A stretch of 64,000 bases of DNA, taken from an uncultured Candidatus Actinomarina sp. (lineage in GTDB: Bacteria > Actinomycetota > Acidimicrobiia > Actinomarinales > Actinomarinaceae). Positions 9,636 to 20,225 of the stretch are shown here, one piece after another (the stretch's first letter is position 1; the number at the start of each line of letters is the position of its first letter). The stretch spans positions 76,775 through 140,774 of the forward strand of contig CACLXG010000001.1 in the NCBI GenBank assembly GCA_902610815.1, given 5' to 3'. The position numbers and the translations under genes were made by a program. Under the pieces are notes generated by a model. It was not told the DNA's origin. It ran no database searches and was given only the letters and a program-made list of their open reading frames with translations.

Positions 9636-11561
9636 TTGTCTAAGCTACATGAATATTTAAAATCACAAGAAAATTTAATTACAGCATCAGTCGAAGGAAA
9701 AACACTCATTGATTTTATAGATAGAAACGCTGAAGAGTACCCTAACTACCCAGCTCTAAACACTCCAGCAAATAGTGAATACTCTGCTTGGGATTCTATT
9801 TCTTGGTCTGAATATAGAGATGTTTCAAAAAATTTAGCATCTGGTTTAATGTCTTTGGGTTTAGGGCCTGGTGATACAGCATTTATAATGTCAAATAACA
9901 CTAAAGAGCATAATATTTCTGATTTAGGAATAGTTTATTGCGGTGCAACACCATCTACTTTATATAAGCAGTTGAAGTCATCTCAAATAGAATATGTAGC
10001 AAACTTGATGGAAGCAAAGATTGCAATTGTTGGTGATTTAGAATTGTTTGCAGAGGTAAACGCAGCTAAAGAACAATGCCCTAAATTAGAAGCAATAGTT
10101 TTAGTGGATGGATACGAAGATAAAAGAGATTTAGATTATGTTCATAGCTATCAAGAATTAATTGAAAAGGGTAAAACCATAAACGATGAAGATAGTTCTA
10201 AATTAGATTCAGCTAGTTCTACTGTTACCCCAGATTCTTTAGCATGTTTAATATTTACTTCAGGTACAACTGGAAAGCCAAAAGGTGTAATGATTTCCCA
10301 CAGAAATGTTCTTTGGACAATAGAGAGCTTGTTTGGCCAGATGATTCCTGCAAGTAAATTTCCAAGAATTGTATCTTATTTGCCAATGGCACATATAGCA
10401 GCACGAGCAGGAGATCATTATCAGTCTATTTATAGAGTTGGACAAATCTTTCCAGTCCCCGTGTTAGACGACATGAAAGACGCTCTACCTACAATTAAAC
10501 CTTCCGTATTTCTAGCAGTTCCAAGAGTGTGGGAAAGGTTTAAGGCTGGCTTACAAGCAAGAATTGAAGAAAATCCTAAAAAAGACCTCATAGACAAGGC
10601 AATTGCAAATGGACTAGAAAAAGTAGATTATGAACAACGAGGAGAATCAGTACCGCTTGGTATCAAAATAAAAGACAAACTCTTTGCAAAACTTGTGTTC
10701 TCCAAATTTAAAGAAGGTCTAGGCATAATGGATACAGAGTATTTTGTAACAGCTGCTGCACCAATGAATAAAGATGTTCATAGATGGTTTCACGCGATTG
10801 GGATAGATGTAACTGAAATTTACGGCATGACAGAGGATACCGGACCTGCAACAATAGGGGTTCCGGGAAATGCTGTAGAATCTTTCGTAAAGAAATTAAA
10901 AGTAGATGGTATTGAAGTTCCTAGTGTTCTTAACCCTATTGGAAAAGTTGGGATTCCTATTCCAGGTACAGAAGTTAAAGTAATGGATGATGGAGAGCTG
11001 TGTATTAAAGGTAATCACGTTGCACAAGGATATTACAAATCCGAGGAACAGACTGCTGAAACATTTGATGAAGATGGATGGCTACATACTGGCGATTTAG
11101 CTGAAATAGATTCTGAAGGTTATGTGAAAATTATCGGGAGAAAAAAAGAAATCTTAATTACTTCTGCTGGAAAGAATATTGCTCCAGTAGAAATTGAGGA
11201 TTTAGTTAAACCCCATCCTTTAATTGGCCAAGTGTGTGTTGTGGGAGATGGTAAGAAATTTCTATCAGCACTAATTGTTCTTGATGGCGATGGTGGAGCT
11301 GAAACATGGGCTTCAGAAAATGGGGTTGAATACTCTATAAAAGACATGGCCAAAAATGAAAAAGTTATTCAAGCAGTACAAGAGCAAGTTGATAAAGCTA
11401 ATTCTCAAGTTGCTAACGTACAAGGAATAAAAAAGTTTGTTCTTCTTGAAAATGAATGGACAGACTCAAGTGGCGAGTTGACACCAACACTAAAACTAAA
11501 GAGAAGTGTTATCGCAGAGATGTATCATAATCAAATTGAATCAATGTACGAGGGGGTGTAA
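9636..11561 (+). CDS. fadD: Long-chain fatty-acid--CoA ligase (AMP-binding)
   Basis: TTG start 5 nt after RBS aggagg. AMP-binding motif FTSGTTGKPKGVMISHRN. Confidence 0.8.
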   Translation: MSKLHEYLKSQENLITASVEGKTLIDFIDRNAEEYPNYPALNTPANSEYSAWDSISWSEYRDVSKNLASGLMSLGLGPGDTAFIMSNNTKEHNISDLGIVYCGATPSTLYKQLKSSQIEYVANLMEAKIAIVGDLELFAEVNAAKEQCPKLEAIVLVDGYEDKRDLDYVHSYQELIEKGKTINDEDSSKLDSASSTVTPDSLACLIFTSGTTGKPKGVMISHRNVLWTIESLFGQMIPASKFPRIVSYLPMAHIAARAGDHYQSIYRVGQIFPVPVLDDMKDALPTIKPSVFLAVPRVWERFKAGLQARIEENPKKDLIDKAIANGLEKVDYEQRGESVPLGIKIKDKLFAKLVFSKFKEGLGIMDTEYFVTAAAPMNKDVHRWFHAIGIDVTEIYGMTEDTGPATIGVPGNAVESFVKKLKVDGIEVPSVLNPIGKVGIPIPGTEVKVMDDGELCIKGNHVAQGYYKSEEQTAETFDEDGWLHTGDLAEIDSEGYVKIIGRKKEILITSAGKNIAPVEIEDLVKPHPLIGQVCVVGDGKKFLSALIVLDGDGGAETWASENGVEYSIKDMAKNEKVIQAVQEQVDKANSQVANVQGIKKFVLLENEWTDSSGELTPTLKLKRSVIAEMYHNQIESMYEGV

Positions 11562-11563
11562 AA

Positions 11564-12469
11564 GTGGCTGAAGTTACATTCGAAAATAAGACTGTAATTG
11601 TTACTGGAGGGGGAAATGGTCTAGGTAAAGCATACGCTCTTGACATGGCTTCTCGTGGTGCAAAAGTTGTAGTTAATGATTTAGGCGGTGCAGTAGATGG
11701 TTCTGGATCTGGAAATACACCAGCAGATGAAGTCGTAAACGAAATTATAGCGAATGGAGGAGAGGCTGTTGCTAATTATGATTCTGTTGCAACTAAAGAA
11801 GGCGGTGAATCTATTGTGCAAACTGCAATTGATAATTTTGGCACAGTTGATGCAATTGTAAATAATGCAGGAATCTTAAGAGATAAAAGTTTTGCAAACA
11901 TGTCGGAAGAAGAGTTATCTTTAATTATAGATGTGCATCTAAAAGGAACTTTTTATGTTTCTCAGCCTGCTTTTAAAGTAATGAAAGAAAATGCATATGG
12001 AAGGATTGTGAACGTAGCTTCACCTTCTGGTTTATTTGGTAATTTTGGCCAATCTAATTATGGTGCAGCAAAAATGGGTATAGTTGGCCTAACTAATGTG
12101 TTAGCAATTGAAGGTGCAAAATATAACATCAAAGTAAATGTTATAGCTCCTACAGCTTATACAAGAATGACTGAAGCGCTTCTTCCAGAAGATGTAGGAA
12201 AATTATTTAGTTCCGAGTTAGTTACACCTATGGTTTCTTACCTAGCATCAGAGGCATGTGAGCCAAGTCATGAAATCTTTGGAGTTGCTGCTGGACGTTT
12301 TGCACGTATTGGAATTATTACTCATAAAGGATATGTAAATACAAATGCTTCTGCTGAAGATATTGCTGACAATATTGAAGAAATAAGAAATATTGAAAAT
12401 GGTACATATCCTCTCAGCAATGAAGATGAGCTAATGATCATTCAGCAAGCCATACAAGGTAATCAATAA
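11564..12469 (+). CDS. Short-chain dehydrogenase/reductase, MFE-2-type 3-hydroxyacyl-CoA dehydrogenase-like
   Basis: GTG start. TGGGNGLGKAY Rossmann motif, NNAGILRDKSF, and catalytic Y/K in SNYGAAK. Confidence 0.75.
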   Translation: MAEVTFENKTVIVTGGGNGLGKAYALDMASRGAKVVVNDLGGAVDGSGSGNTPADEVVNEIIANGGEAVANYDSVATKEGGESIVQTAIDNFGTVDAIVNNAGILRDKSFANMSEEELSLIIDVHLKGTFYVSQPAFKVMKENAYGRIVNVASPSGLFGNFGQSNYGAAKMGIVGLTNVLAIEGAKYNIKVNVIAPTAYTRMTEALLPEDVGKLFSSELVTPMVSYLASEACEPSHEIFGVAAGRFARIGIITHKGYVNTNASAEDIADNIEEIRNIENGTYPLSNEDELMIIQQAIQGNQ

Positions 12470-12493
12470 GATAAAATTGATGTATAATTTCGT

Positions 12494-13711
12494 ATGGTAA
12501 AAACTGAAACTAAATACTCTGATGCAGAACAGCTAGTAAGAAGCAAATTAGATGATCTAATTGAATTCAGAAGTCAAACGGATGACATTAAAGAATTTTG
12601 GGGTAAACAATTTGATCTTGGACTTGCTTGGGTACAATTTCCAGAAGGTGCTGGCGGATTAGGATTGAATCCAAAATATCAACTTTTAATTACTGAAACT
12701 TTGAGGAATGAAGGAATCTCTCAACAAAACAGAGTTGCAAATATTCTTGGTATAGGAATGGGTGCACCAACAATTGTTGAGTATGGCACTCCAGAACAAA
12801 TTCAAACATACTTAAGACCAATGTTCACCACCGAAGAAATATGGTGCCAATTATTTTCAGAGCCAGGTTCAGGATCAGATTTGGCAAGTTTATCAACTAA
12901 AGCAGTAGATGATGGTGATGGCTTCATTGTAAACGGTCAAAAAGTTTGGACAACACTTGGACACTTAGCTAAATGGGGGTTAATAGTGACCAGAACAGAT
13001 CCAGATGTTCCAAAGCATAGGGGATTAACATTCTTTATAGTTGATATGGAATCCGATGGTGTAGATGTTAGGCCACTTCGACAAATAACCGGTGAAGCTG
13101 AGTTTAATGAAGTTTATTTTACTGATGTTAAGATTCCAAAGCAAAACATTTTAGGAAGCCTTGGAGATGGTTGGAGAGTTTCACTTGCAATATTAATGAA
13201 TGAGAGAGTTGCAATTGGTGGGAATGTTCGTGAAAGAGGAAGTGGTGCACCTGGTCATTTAGTTCAACTTTGGAACGATAAAGAACTCGATGATCCAGTT
13301 TCAAGAGACAAGTTAATAAAACTTTGGATTGAACAAGAAGCAGTGAGGTTAACAAATATTAGAGCATTTGAAAATAGAGAAAAAGGTACACCTGGTCCAG
13401 AGGGCTCTACTAGTAAATTATATGAAGCTGAAATCAATAAAGCATCATATGAATTTGGTATGGAAATGCTTGGTAATGATGCGTTACTATTCCCAAGAGG
13501 TTACGAGTTGACCCAACCTGAATTAAATTTTGAAAATGAGACTTTTGGTTTTACAGATACTCAGAGTCTTTTTCTAAGATCAAGAGCTAACTCAATAGAA
13601 GGTGGGACATCTGAAATAATGAGAAATATTATTGCTGAAAGGGTTTTAGGACTCCCAAGTGAACCAAAATTAGATAAAGACAAAGCTTGGAAAGATATTC
13701 CAAGGTCCTAA
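12494..13711 (+). CDS. Acyl-CoA dehydrogenase family protein
   Basis: 405 aa with ACAD-like N, middle and C domains (WTTLGH..., GGTSEIMRNIIAE). Confidence 0.65.
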   Translation: MVKTETKYSDAEQLVRSKLDDLIEFRSQTDDIKEFWGKQFDLGLAWVQFPEGAGGLGLNPKYQLLITETLRNEGISQQNRVANILGIGMGAPTIVEYGTPEQIQTYLRPMFTTEEIWCQLFSEPGSGSDLASLSTKAVDDGDGFIVNGQKVWTTLGHLAKWGLIVTRTDPDVPKHRGLTFFIVDMESDGVDVRPLRQITGEAEFNEVYFTDVKIPKQNILGSLGDGWRVSLAILMNERVAIGGNVRERGSGAPGHLVQLWNDKELDDPVSRDKLIKLWIEQEAVRLTNIRAFENREKGTPGPEGSTSKLYEAEINKASYEFGMEMLGNDALLFPRGYELTQPELNFENETFGFTDTQSLFLRSRANSIEGGTSEIMRNIIAERVLGLPSEPKLDKDKAWKDIPRS

Positions 13712-14322
13712 TAAATTACGCTAAATAAACCCTCAGAACAACTTATCATTATTTGACTATTTGCTGATTCATTTCTAAGAGTTTTAGAACTACCAGCTTC
13801 AATATTTTCTTTATCTAAGCTCCACTTAGCTCCTGAGATAGTAAATGACTTCAAATTTGTTATTGGTATGATACTAAATTTTGTACCTTCATTGAGAAAA
13901 ATGGATACATTATTTTTGAAAACAATAGTTTTATCCTTGTAAAGCCATGTTACATTTGTCGCGAATTCATAATTGATTATTAATGAAAAGATAGAAAACA
14001 AATGATCGATTTCACCTTCTTCCCCTCCTATTATAAAAATATTTTTTTCTTTTGGTTTTTTAATACTTTCCAAAGAAAGTTCAAAGTCTGTTTTATCTTT
14101 ATTTGTTTGATATTGAATTAAATCTATATTCATGTTTTCTACTTTTTTTAATAAAACAGGTTTAATTGAATCTAGGTCTCCTAGAACTTTTGATGGAGTC
14201 AATGATCTATCAAATAAATGAGCCGTACCATTATCAACACCAATTATTTCGTCAAATTCTAAATCTTTAAGGTTATAGCCAGTAGAGCAATTTCCACTTA
14301 ATGAAATTAAAACATTATTCAT
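13708..14322 (-). CDS. Thiamine pyrophosphokinase
   Basis: GVDNGTAHL...VLGDLDSI matches the TPK catalytic motif (GDxDS). C-terminal thiamin-binding beta domain. 204 aa. Confidence 0.6.
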   Translation of the reverse strand: MNNVLISLSGNCSTGYNLKDLEFDEIIGVDNGTAHLFDRSLTPSKVLGDLDSIKPVLLKKVENMNIDLIQYQTNKDKTDFELSLESIKKPKEKNIFIIGGEEGEIDHLFSIFSLIINYEFATNVTWLYKDKTIVFKNNVSIFLNEGTKFSIIPITNLKSFTISGAKWSLDKENIEAGSSKTLRNESANSQIMISCSEGLFSVIY

Positions 14323-14395
14323 ATGTCAATTATATATAGCTACTTTAATTTATTAATTTCTCACATATCTCAAATAGGTTAAAATATATATATAT

Positions 14396-15022
14396 ATGAG
14401 TGAAGAATTTAAATTTAATATTGGCGATGAAGCGGTTAAAACTATTATTGATCTAAGAGATCAAGAACCTGGAGATAAGGAATATGCTTTATTCCTACAA
14501 ATCGATGGGGTACATGGTAATCAATTTACTTATGATCTTAGTTTTCTAGATATAAATCAAGCAAGATCAGATGACAAGAGAATTGATTTTGGGGATTTAG
14601 CTGTAATAATTGCTTCTAAAGATATTGATAAATTTGATGGTGCAAGCTTAGATATGTCTGAAGATCCAGACGCACCGGGATTAACTATGGACAACCCTAA
14701 TACACCAAGCCCTGCAATGATTGGTAATCCTGCTGATCTTCCAGAGTTGAAGGGTGAATTGGCTGAGAAAGTACAAGCAGTACTAGAAAATCAAATTAAT
14801 CCGGCTATTGCTTCCCACGGTGGTGCAGCGCAATTGATTGGTGTTGAAGGAAATGATATTTATCTAAGACTTGGTGGAGGTTGTCAAGGTTGTGGTATGG
14901 CACAAGTTACACTCACTCAAGGTATTGAAGCCTCGTTACGTGAAGCTGTTCCTGAAATAGGAAATATCATTGATGCTACCGATCATGCCGCTGGCGAGAA
15001 TCCATACTTTGCTTCTCACTAG
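14396..15022 (+). CDS. nfuA: NfuA-like Fe-S cluster carrier (degenerate A-type N-domain plus Nfu C-domain)
   Basis: C-terminal GGGCQGCGMAQVTL Nfu motif. No SD sequence. The ATG is directly preceded by (TA)7. Confidence 0.7.
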   Translation: MSEEFKFNIGDEAVKTIIDLRDQEPGDKEYALFLQIDGVHGNQFTYDLSFLDINQARSDDKRIDFGDLAVIIASKDIDKFDGASLDMSEDPDAPGLTMDNPNTPSPAMIGNPADLPELKGELAEKVQAVLENQINPAIASHGGAAQLIGVEGNDIYLRLGGGCQGCGMAQVTLTQGIEASLREAVPEIGNIIDATDHAAGENPYFASH

Positions 15023-15990
15023 ACACTAATAACAGTTTTACCTATATTTTTTCTACTCAGAAAGTTTTCTAAAGCTATAGAAGTTTCTTCTATTTTGTAA
15101 TTATTTTTTGGAACAATTTTAAGTTGTTCATTTTCAATATATGAAACTAATTCTTTAAAATCCTGGGCTGTTTCTTGTGGATAAGTATTTGTCCATCGAC
15201 CCCACCATACACCAACAATTGACACACCTTTAACGAGTGTTAAATTAAGGGATATTTTTGGAATCTGCCCGTTAGCAAATCCAATAACTAATAACCTACC
15301 ATTAAATGATGTTGCTCTTAACGCCTGTTCGGACATTTCACCACCTACGGGGTCTATAACTATATCTACACCTTTGCCGTCGGTTAATTCTTTTACTGTT
15401 TCTTTTAAATCAACTTGATCGTATCGTAATATTTCATCTCCACCCAAAGATTTGACATATTCGGCTTTATCTTCAGAACCAACAGCACATATAGTTTTTA
15501 ATCCCATAACTTTTGCTAATTGAATTGAGGCGGTACCAATTCCTCCAGAAGCTCCAAGAACTAAAAGAGTTTCTCCACTTTGTGCATTTGCACGCCTTTT
15601 AAGGGCATAGTAAGAAGTGCCGTAATTGATTGGTAGACTTGCTCCAGCTAAAGAACTAAAATTTTTGCTAACTGGAATTACTAAATTTTTATTTAGAGCA
15701 ACGAATTCAGCAAATCCTCCAATTGGAGGAATTCCAATTACCTTTGTTCCAACAGGGAAATCAACATTTTCACCTTTGTCTTCAATAATTCCACAAACTT
15801 CATTACCCGGAATAAATGGTGGATCAATTACAATTTGGTACTTTCCTTGAACTAAAAGAGCATCTGGGAAATTGACTCCAGCAACTTCAACTTTAATTAA
15901 TACTTCATCCTTACTAATAGCTGGTTTATCCAATTCTTTTATCTCTAATAAATTTGGCTCACCTAATTTTGTACATACGACAGCTTTCAT
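15019..15990 (-). CDS. Zn-independent MDR-family NADPH:quinone oxidoreductase
   Basis: GroES-like N-domain and GASGGIGTASIQLAK Rossmann motif. Confidence 0.75.
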   Translation of the reverse strand: MKAVVCTKLGEPNLLEIKELDKPAISKDEVLIKVEVAGVNFPDALLVQGKYQIVIDPPFIPGNEVCGIIEDKGENVDFPVGTKVIGIPPIGGFAEFVALNKNLVIPVSKNFSSLAGASLPINYGTSYYALKRRANAQSGETLLVLGASGGIGTASIQLAKVMGLKTICAVGSEDKAEYVKSLGGDEILRYDQVDLKETVKELTDGKGVDIVIDPVGGEMSEQALRATSFNGRLLVIGFANGQIPKISLNLTLVKGVSIVGVWWGRWTNTYPQETAQDFKELVSYIENEQLKIVPKNNYKIEETSIALENFLSRKNIGKTVISV

Positions 15991-17441
15991 TCTTCCCTCT
16001 TTGTAATTCCTGATAGTTTTTTAGCAAAATCTTTTTTTTCTTCAATATTTACTTTTCTTCTTATCTGCACTCTCTGTGCTTGTGGTGAGCCTGCGCCATG
16101 TAAAGATTCAGTTAAATAAGCAACCGCATTTCTACCTAAAGTCATATTTTCAATCAATCTTAAAATTTTTACGCGATCTTCTGAGTTAATATCTTTTTTT
16201 CCTTTTAAATACTTTTTTAGATCCTCAGACATTGAACCCTCATTAAAATCAATTCCTGAAGGCATTGACCCAACTAATCCACCTGCAAGGTCTTGTGCAA
16301 TTCGTCCAATCTCATAAGTTTCTTTTGTTACATGTTGTTTACATACATTTGCCAAAAGATCATCATTAATGAAGTTTCCTGACATAGTGCTTGATCCCTG
16401 AAGTGATGAAGCAATGCCAGTAGCATAAATTGTTTCATTGAGCTTATTCATTTCAACAATCTTATCTTTAATATGCGATGCTTCTTCAACACCATTGTAT
16501 TCTGCAATAGTAGCTGCAGCTCCAATAAGTACATCACCAACGCCTGATTTGCATACATAAGATCTTCTATGATATGTTGTAAATCTCTCAACTAACATAG
16601 ATGCAAATTCATACTCACCATTCATAAAAATGTATTCATTTGGTATGAATACATTATCAAAAATTACCATTGCTTCTTGGCCAGCAAAATATTTATTACC
16701 TACATCGTATTCACCAGGCTCCATACTCCTTGTATCGCATGACTGTCTACCATAGATATAGGTTATTCCTTCTGCATCAACTGGAATTGCACCAACTATT
16801 GCATAGTCCGTATCTTTATCAGATAGTCTCAAGGTAGGCATTACAACCATCCAGTGTGAATTTATACATCCAGTCTGATGTGCTTTCGCACCCTTAACAT
16901 AAACACCATCTTCTGTCCTTTTTACAATTCTTAAATACACATCTTCATCTTCTTGTTCGTGTGGTAATTTTGACCTATCACCTTTAACGTCCGTCATTGC
17001 ACCACCAATTACCAAATTGTATTTATGCATTTCAGTTAGAAAATTAATAAAATTCTTGTGATATTCAGTATTGTGTTTTTCATCAATTTCAAAAGTTACA
17101 GAATGAAGTGCATTGAACGCGTCCATGCCAACACATCTTTGAAAGCAGGTACCTGTTAGTTGACCAAGCTTTCTTTGCATTTTATTTTGTAAAAATAGAT
17201 CTTCATTGCTTTCTGCGATATGCAAAAATCTATTTATTTTTTCGCCAGTATATGGAGACGTTGCTGATGCCAATTCTGGTTCTCTAACAGCTAGTTCATA
17301 TGTTTCAGCCATCGCTTCAATGCTTGGTCTAATAATTGGATGATCTAAAGGTTCCTTAATGAGTTCACCCATAAGGTAAATTTTTAAATTTCTATTTTTA
17401 ATTGAATCCAAATAACTGTTTTTGTCAGTAATTTTATTCAT
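15987..17441 (-). CDS. HpaB / 4-hydroxybutyryl-CoA dehydratase-family flavoprotein (ACAD-fold)
   Basis: 484 aa. Family-level similarity only; exact reaction not assignable from sequence. Confidence 0.5.
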   Translation of the reverse strand: MNKITDKNSYLDSIKNRNLKIYLMGELIKEPLDHPIIRPSIEAMAETYELAVREPELASATSPYTGEKINRFLHIAESNEDLFLQNKMQRKLGQLTGTCFQRCVGMDAFNALHSVTFEIDEKHNTEYHKNFINFLTEMHKYNLVIGGAMTDVKGDRSKLPHEQEDEDVYLRIVKRTEDGVYVKGAKAHQTGCINSHWMVVMPTLRLSDKDTDYAIVGAIPVDAEGITYIYGRQSCDTRSMEPGEYDVGNKYFAGQEAMVIFDNVFIPNEYIFMNGEYEFASMLVERFTTYHRRSYVCKSGVGDVLIGAAATIAEYNGVEEASHIKDKIVEMNKLNETIYATGIASSLQGSSTMSGNFINDDLLANVCKQHVTKETYEIGRIAQDLAGGLVGSMPSGIDFNEGSMSEDLKKYLKGKKDINSEDRVKILRLIENMTLGRNAVAYLTESLHGAGSPQAQRVQIRRKVNIEEKKDFAKKLSGITKREE

Positions 17442-17492
17442 ATTTAATTATACGTTTAGATTTTATGTCAAGTCTTTTAAATACTTGTTAAT

Positions 17493-18680
17493 TTATATGA
17501 CTTCAAATAATCCAGCAGCACCCATTCCACCACCAACACACATTGTGACAACTACATATTTTGCACCTCTTCGTTTACCTTCCATAAGAGCATGCATTGT
17601 CATTCTTGCGCCGGTCATTCCGTATGGATGTCCTATAGATATTGAGCCGCCATTTACATTATAAATTTCATTATCAATACCTAAATAATCTCTGCAATAC
17701 AAAGCTTGTACAGCAAAAGCTTCGTTTAGTTCCCATAAACCTATGTCATCAACACTTAAGTTATATTTATCAAGCAATTTAGGAACAGCATATATTGGCC
17801 CAATTCCCATTTCTTCTGGTGCTAAACCTGCAACTGCCATTCCTCTGTAATAACCTAGGGGATTAAGGCCTTTGTTTTCAGCAACCTTTGATTCCATTAC
17901 AACTACAGATGCAGATCCATCAGATAACTGAGACGCATTTCCTGCAGTTATGAACTTTCCTTCACCATACACTGGGACTAATGATGACAGACCTTCTAAA
18001 TTTGTTTCTGGTCTGTTGCCTTCATCTTTTTCTAAGATAGCTTCTTGTTCAGAAATTTCACCGGATTCTTTGTCTTTAACTAACTTAGTAGTAGTAGTTG
18101 AAATGATTTCGTCTTTATAAAGATCTGCTTCTTGTGCAGCTGCTGTTCTTTGCTGACTTTGTAGGGAGTACTCGTCTTGACTTTCTCTTGTTACATTATA
18201 TTTTTCAGCAACATGATCAGCAGTCTCAATCATTGGCATGTATGCATGTTGTGCATGAGCAGTTACATTAGTATCAATATCCACTCTAAATTCTGCAGTC
18301 TGTACGAGTGAAATAGACTCAACTCCTCCAGCTACAACAACGTCCATATTATCTGTTACAACCTGTTTTGATGCAGTCGCAATTGCCATCATTCCCGATG
18401 AACATTGCCTGTCTATTGTCATGCCAGGAACATTATCAGGAAGCCCAGCTGCAATTCCAGCTAATCTTCCTATATTTATAGCTTGTGAGCCTTGTTGCTG
18501 TGCACACCCTAAAACAACATCTTCAACCTCTTTTGGCTCGATTCCAGCTCTTTCCACAGCTTCTTTTATAGAGTAAGAGGCTAGGGTTGGGGCCGCAGTG
18601 TTATTAAATGCACCTCTATAGGCTTTACCTATTGGTGTTCTTGCTGCTGATACAATTACTGCTTCTCTCATGAATATCAA
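17493..18680 (-). CDS. fadA: Acetyl-CoA C-acyltransferase (thiolase)
   Basis: Active-site Cys in DRQCSSGM and C-terminal CVGGGMGAA motif. Confidence 0.85.
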   Translation of the reverse strand: MIFMREAVIVSAARTPIGKAYRGAFNNTAAPTLASYSIKEAVERAGIEPKEVEDVVLGCAQQQGSQAINIGRLAGIAAGLPDNVPGMTIDRQCSSGMMAIATASKQVVTDNMDVVVAGGVESISLVQTAEFRVDIDTNVTAHAQHAYMPMIETADHVAEKYNVTRESQDEYSLQSQQRTAAAQEADLYKDEIISTTTTKLVKDKESGEISEQEAILEKDEGNRPETNLEGLSSLVPVYGEGKFITAGNASQLSDGSASVVVMESKVAENKGLNPLGYYRGMAVAGLAPEEMGIGPIYAVPKLLDKYNLSVDDIGLWELNEAFAVQALYCRDYLGIDNEIYNVNGGSISIGHPYGMTGARMTMHALMEGKRRGAKYVVVTMCVGGGMGAAGLFEVI

Positions 18681-18692
18681 TATCTCCTTTTA

Positions 18693-19154
18693 CTATTCAT
18701 TTACAATATATAAAGTTAATGCTTCGACAACCGCTGCAGGTTTTTCTTTACCTTCAATTTCGATTGTGCAAGTTGTTTTCAAAAGCCATCTTCCATTTTT
18801 TTTATAATTAACTTCTGCAAGAACAAAACGACCTCTGATTTTACTATTTACAGGAACAGCTTCCATAAATCTGACTTTATCAGAACCGTAATTAATAGCC
18901 ATCTGAAATCCTTCTGGCATATATCCAATATCAGCTTGAAGGTAAGTAAGCAAGCTTAATGTTAAAAAACCATGAGCTATTGTTGTGCCCCATGGAGTTG
19001 CTTTTGCCATTTCAGGATCAACATGTATAAATTGGTGATCATTTGTTGCTTCTGCAAATTGATTAATTCTTTCCTGTGTAACTTCAAACCAATCAGAAAC
19101 ACCTACCTCTTCACCAATATGATTTTCTAGTTCATTTGCTGGAATAACTTTCAA
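18693..19154 (-). CDS. MaoC-like (R)-specific enoyl-CoA hydratase (hot-dog fold)
   Basis: 153 aa, MaoC dehydratase pattern. Confidence 0.7.
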   Translation of the reverse strand: MKVIPANELENHIGEEVGVSDWFEVTQERINQFAEATNDHQFIHVDPEMAKATPWGTTIAHGFLTLSLLTYLQADIGYMPEGFQMAINYGSDKVRFMEAVPVNSKIRGRFVLAEVNYKKNGRWLLKTTCTIEIEGKEKPAAVVEALTLYIVNE

Positions 19155-20173
19155 AATATCTCCTTAAGTAGATTCTTATTGGATGCTTTTTTTGCAAAAC
19201 TTAATGTGCTTTGACCAAATGCATCTACATCTTTCTTCTCAACATTACCATAATAACCAAGAGAATACCTTACGTAGACTCCCTCCATTATCATTGCATG
19301 TTTCCAAAAAGAAAGTCGTACATAGAATTCAATATTTTTTAAATCAAGGTCTGATTTAGATTCATATAGATTAATTATTTCTTGCCTACTTGGGAATCCA
19401 TCACTCAATGAGGGAGAATATATAAACGGAGTATCAGTTTCATTCTTATTTGACCAAGAAGCAATCACAGTTCCTAAATCAGCTAATGGATCACCTAATG
19501 TACAGAGTTCCCAATCAACAATTGCTGCAACTAAGTTATTATTTACCCTAACATTATCTAATCTATAATCTCCATGAGTAATACTTACTTTTTGTTGTGT
19601 GGGGATAGTATCGAATAATAATTTTGTAGCAATATCTAAATCGGTAATATCTCTTACTTTTTGTGCATTAAATTGTTTTGTCCATCTGTTTAACTGTCTT
19701 AAGACATAGTCTTCATGTTTTCCTAAATCATTTAATTTAGAATTTTTTACATCGAAAGTATGCAATTCAGCAAGTGTTGAAATAAATGAATTGGTAATTT
19801 CTTCTTTATCATTTTTCGAATAATTTTCAGCTATTACATTATCTGCAATAGTTACACCTTCAATATATTCCATAATATAAAAATCATCATCTGAAACTGT
19901 TCTATCGGTGCATAAAAGAATAGGTTTTGGAACTCTTATATTATTTTTACTCAGTTCACTAATAATTCTGTATTCACGTTGCATATTATGTGCAGACTCT
20001 AATTTATCTCCAAACGGAGGTCTTCTTAGAACATAAATTTGCATATCGTCAAAAATTTTAAAAGTAATGTTTGATCTACCTACTTTAAATTTTTCAAATT
20101 TAAATTGGTTATCCAAGTCAAGATTGGAAGCTATATAGTTTCTTATTTTTTCATTAAAAAATTCCATTAACAA
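19151..20173 (-). CDS. Phosphotransferase-family protein (APH-like kinase, ACAD-associated type)
   Basis: Brenner motif HGDYRLDNV and DWELCTLGDP. Diverges from the ACAD gene, mirroring ACAD10/11-type APH-ACAD fusions. Confidence 0.65.
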   Translation of the reverse strand: MLMEFFNEKIRNYIASNLDLDNQFKFEKFKVGRSNITFKIFDDMQIYVLRRPPFGDKLESAHNMQREYRIISELSKNNIRVPKPILLCTDRTVSDDDFYIMEYIEGVTIADNVIAENYSKNDKEEITNSFISTLAELHTFDVKNSKLNDLGKHEDYVLRQLNRWTKQFNAQKVRDITDLDIATKLLFDTIPTQQKVSITHGDYRLDNVRVNNNLVAAIVDWELCTLGDPLADLGTVIASWSNKNETDTPFIYSPSLSDGFPSRQEIINLYESKSDLDLKNIEFYVRLSFWKHAMIMEGVYVRYSLGYYGNVEKKDVDAFGQSTLSFAKKASNKNLLKEIF

Positions 20174-20225
20174 ATATCTTATGATTTAATTCTCTTGGTC
20201 TCAAGTTAATTGATAGAATAAAGCA

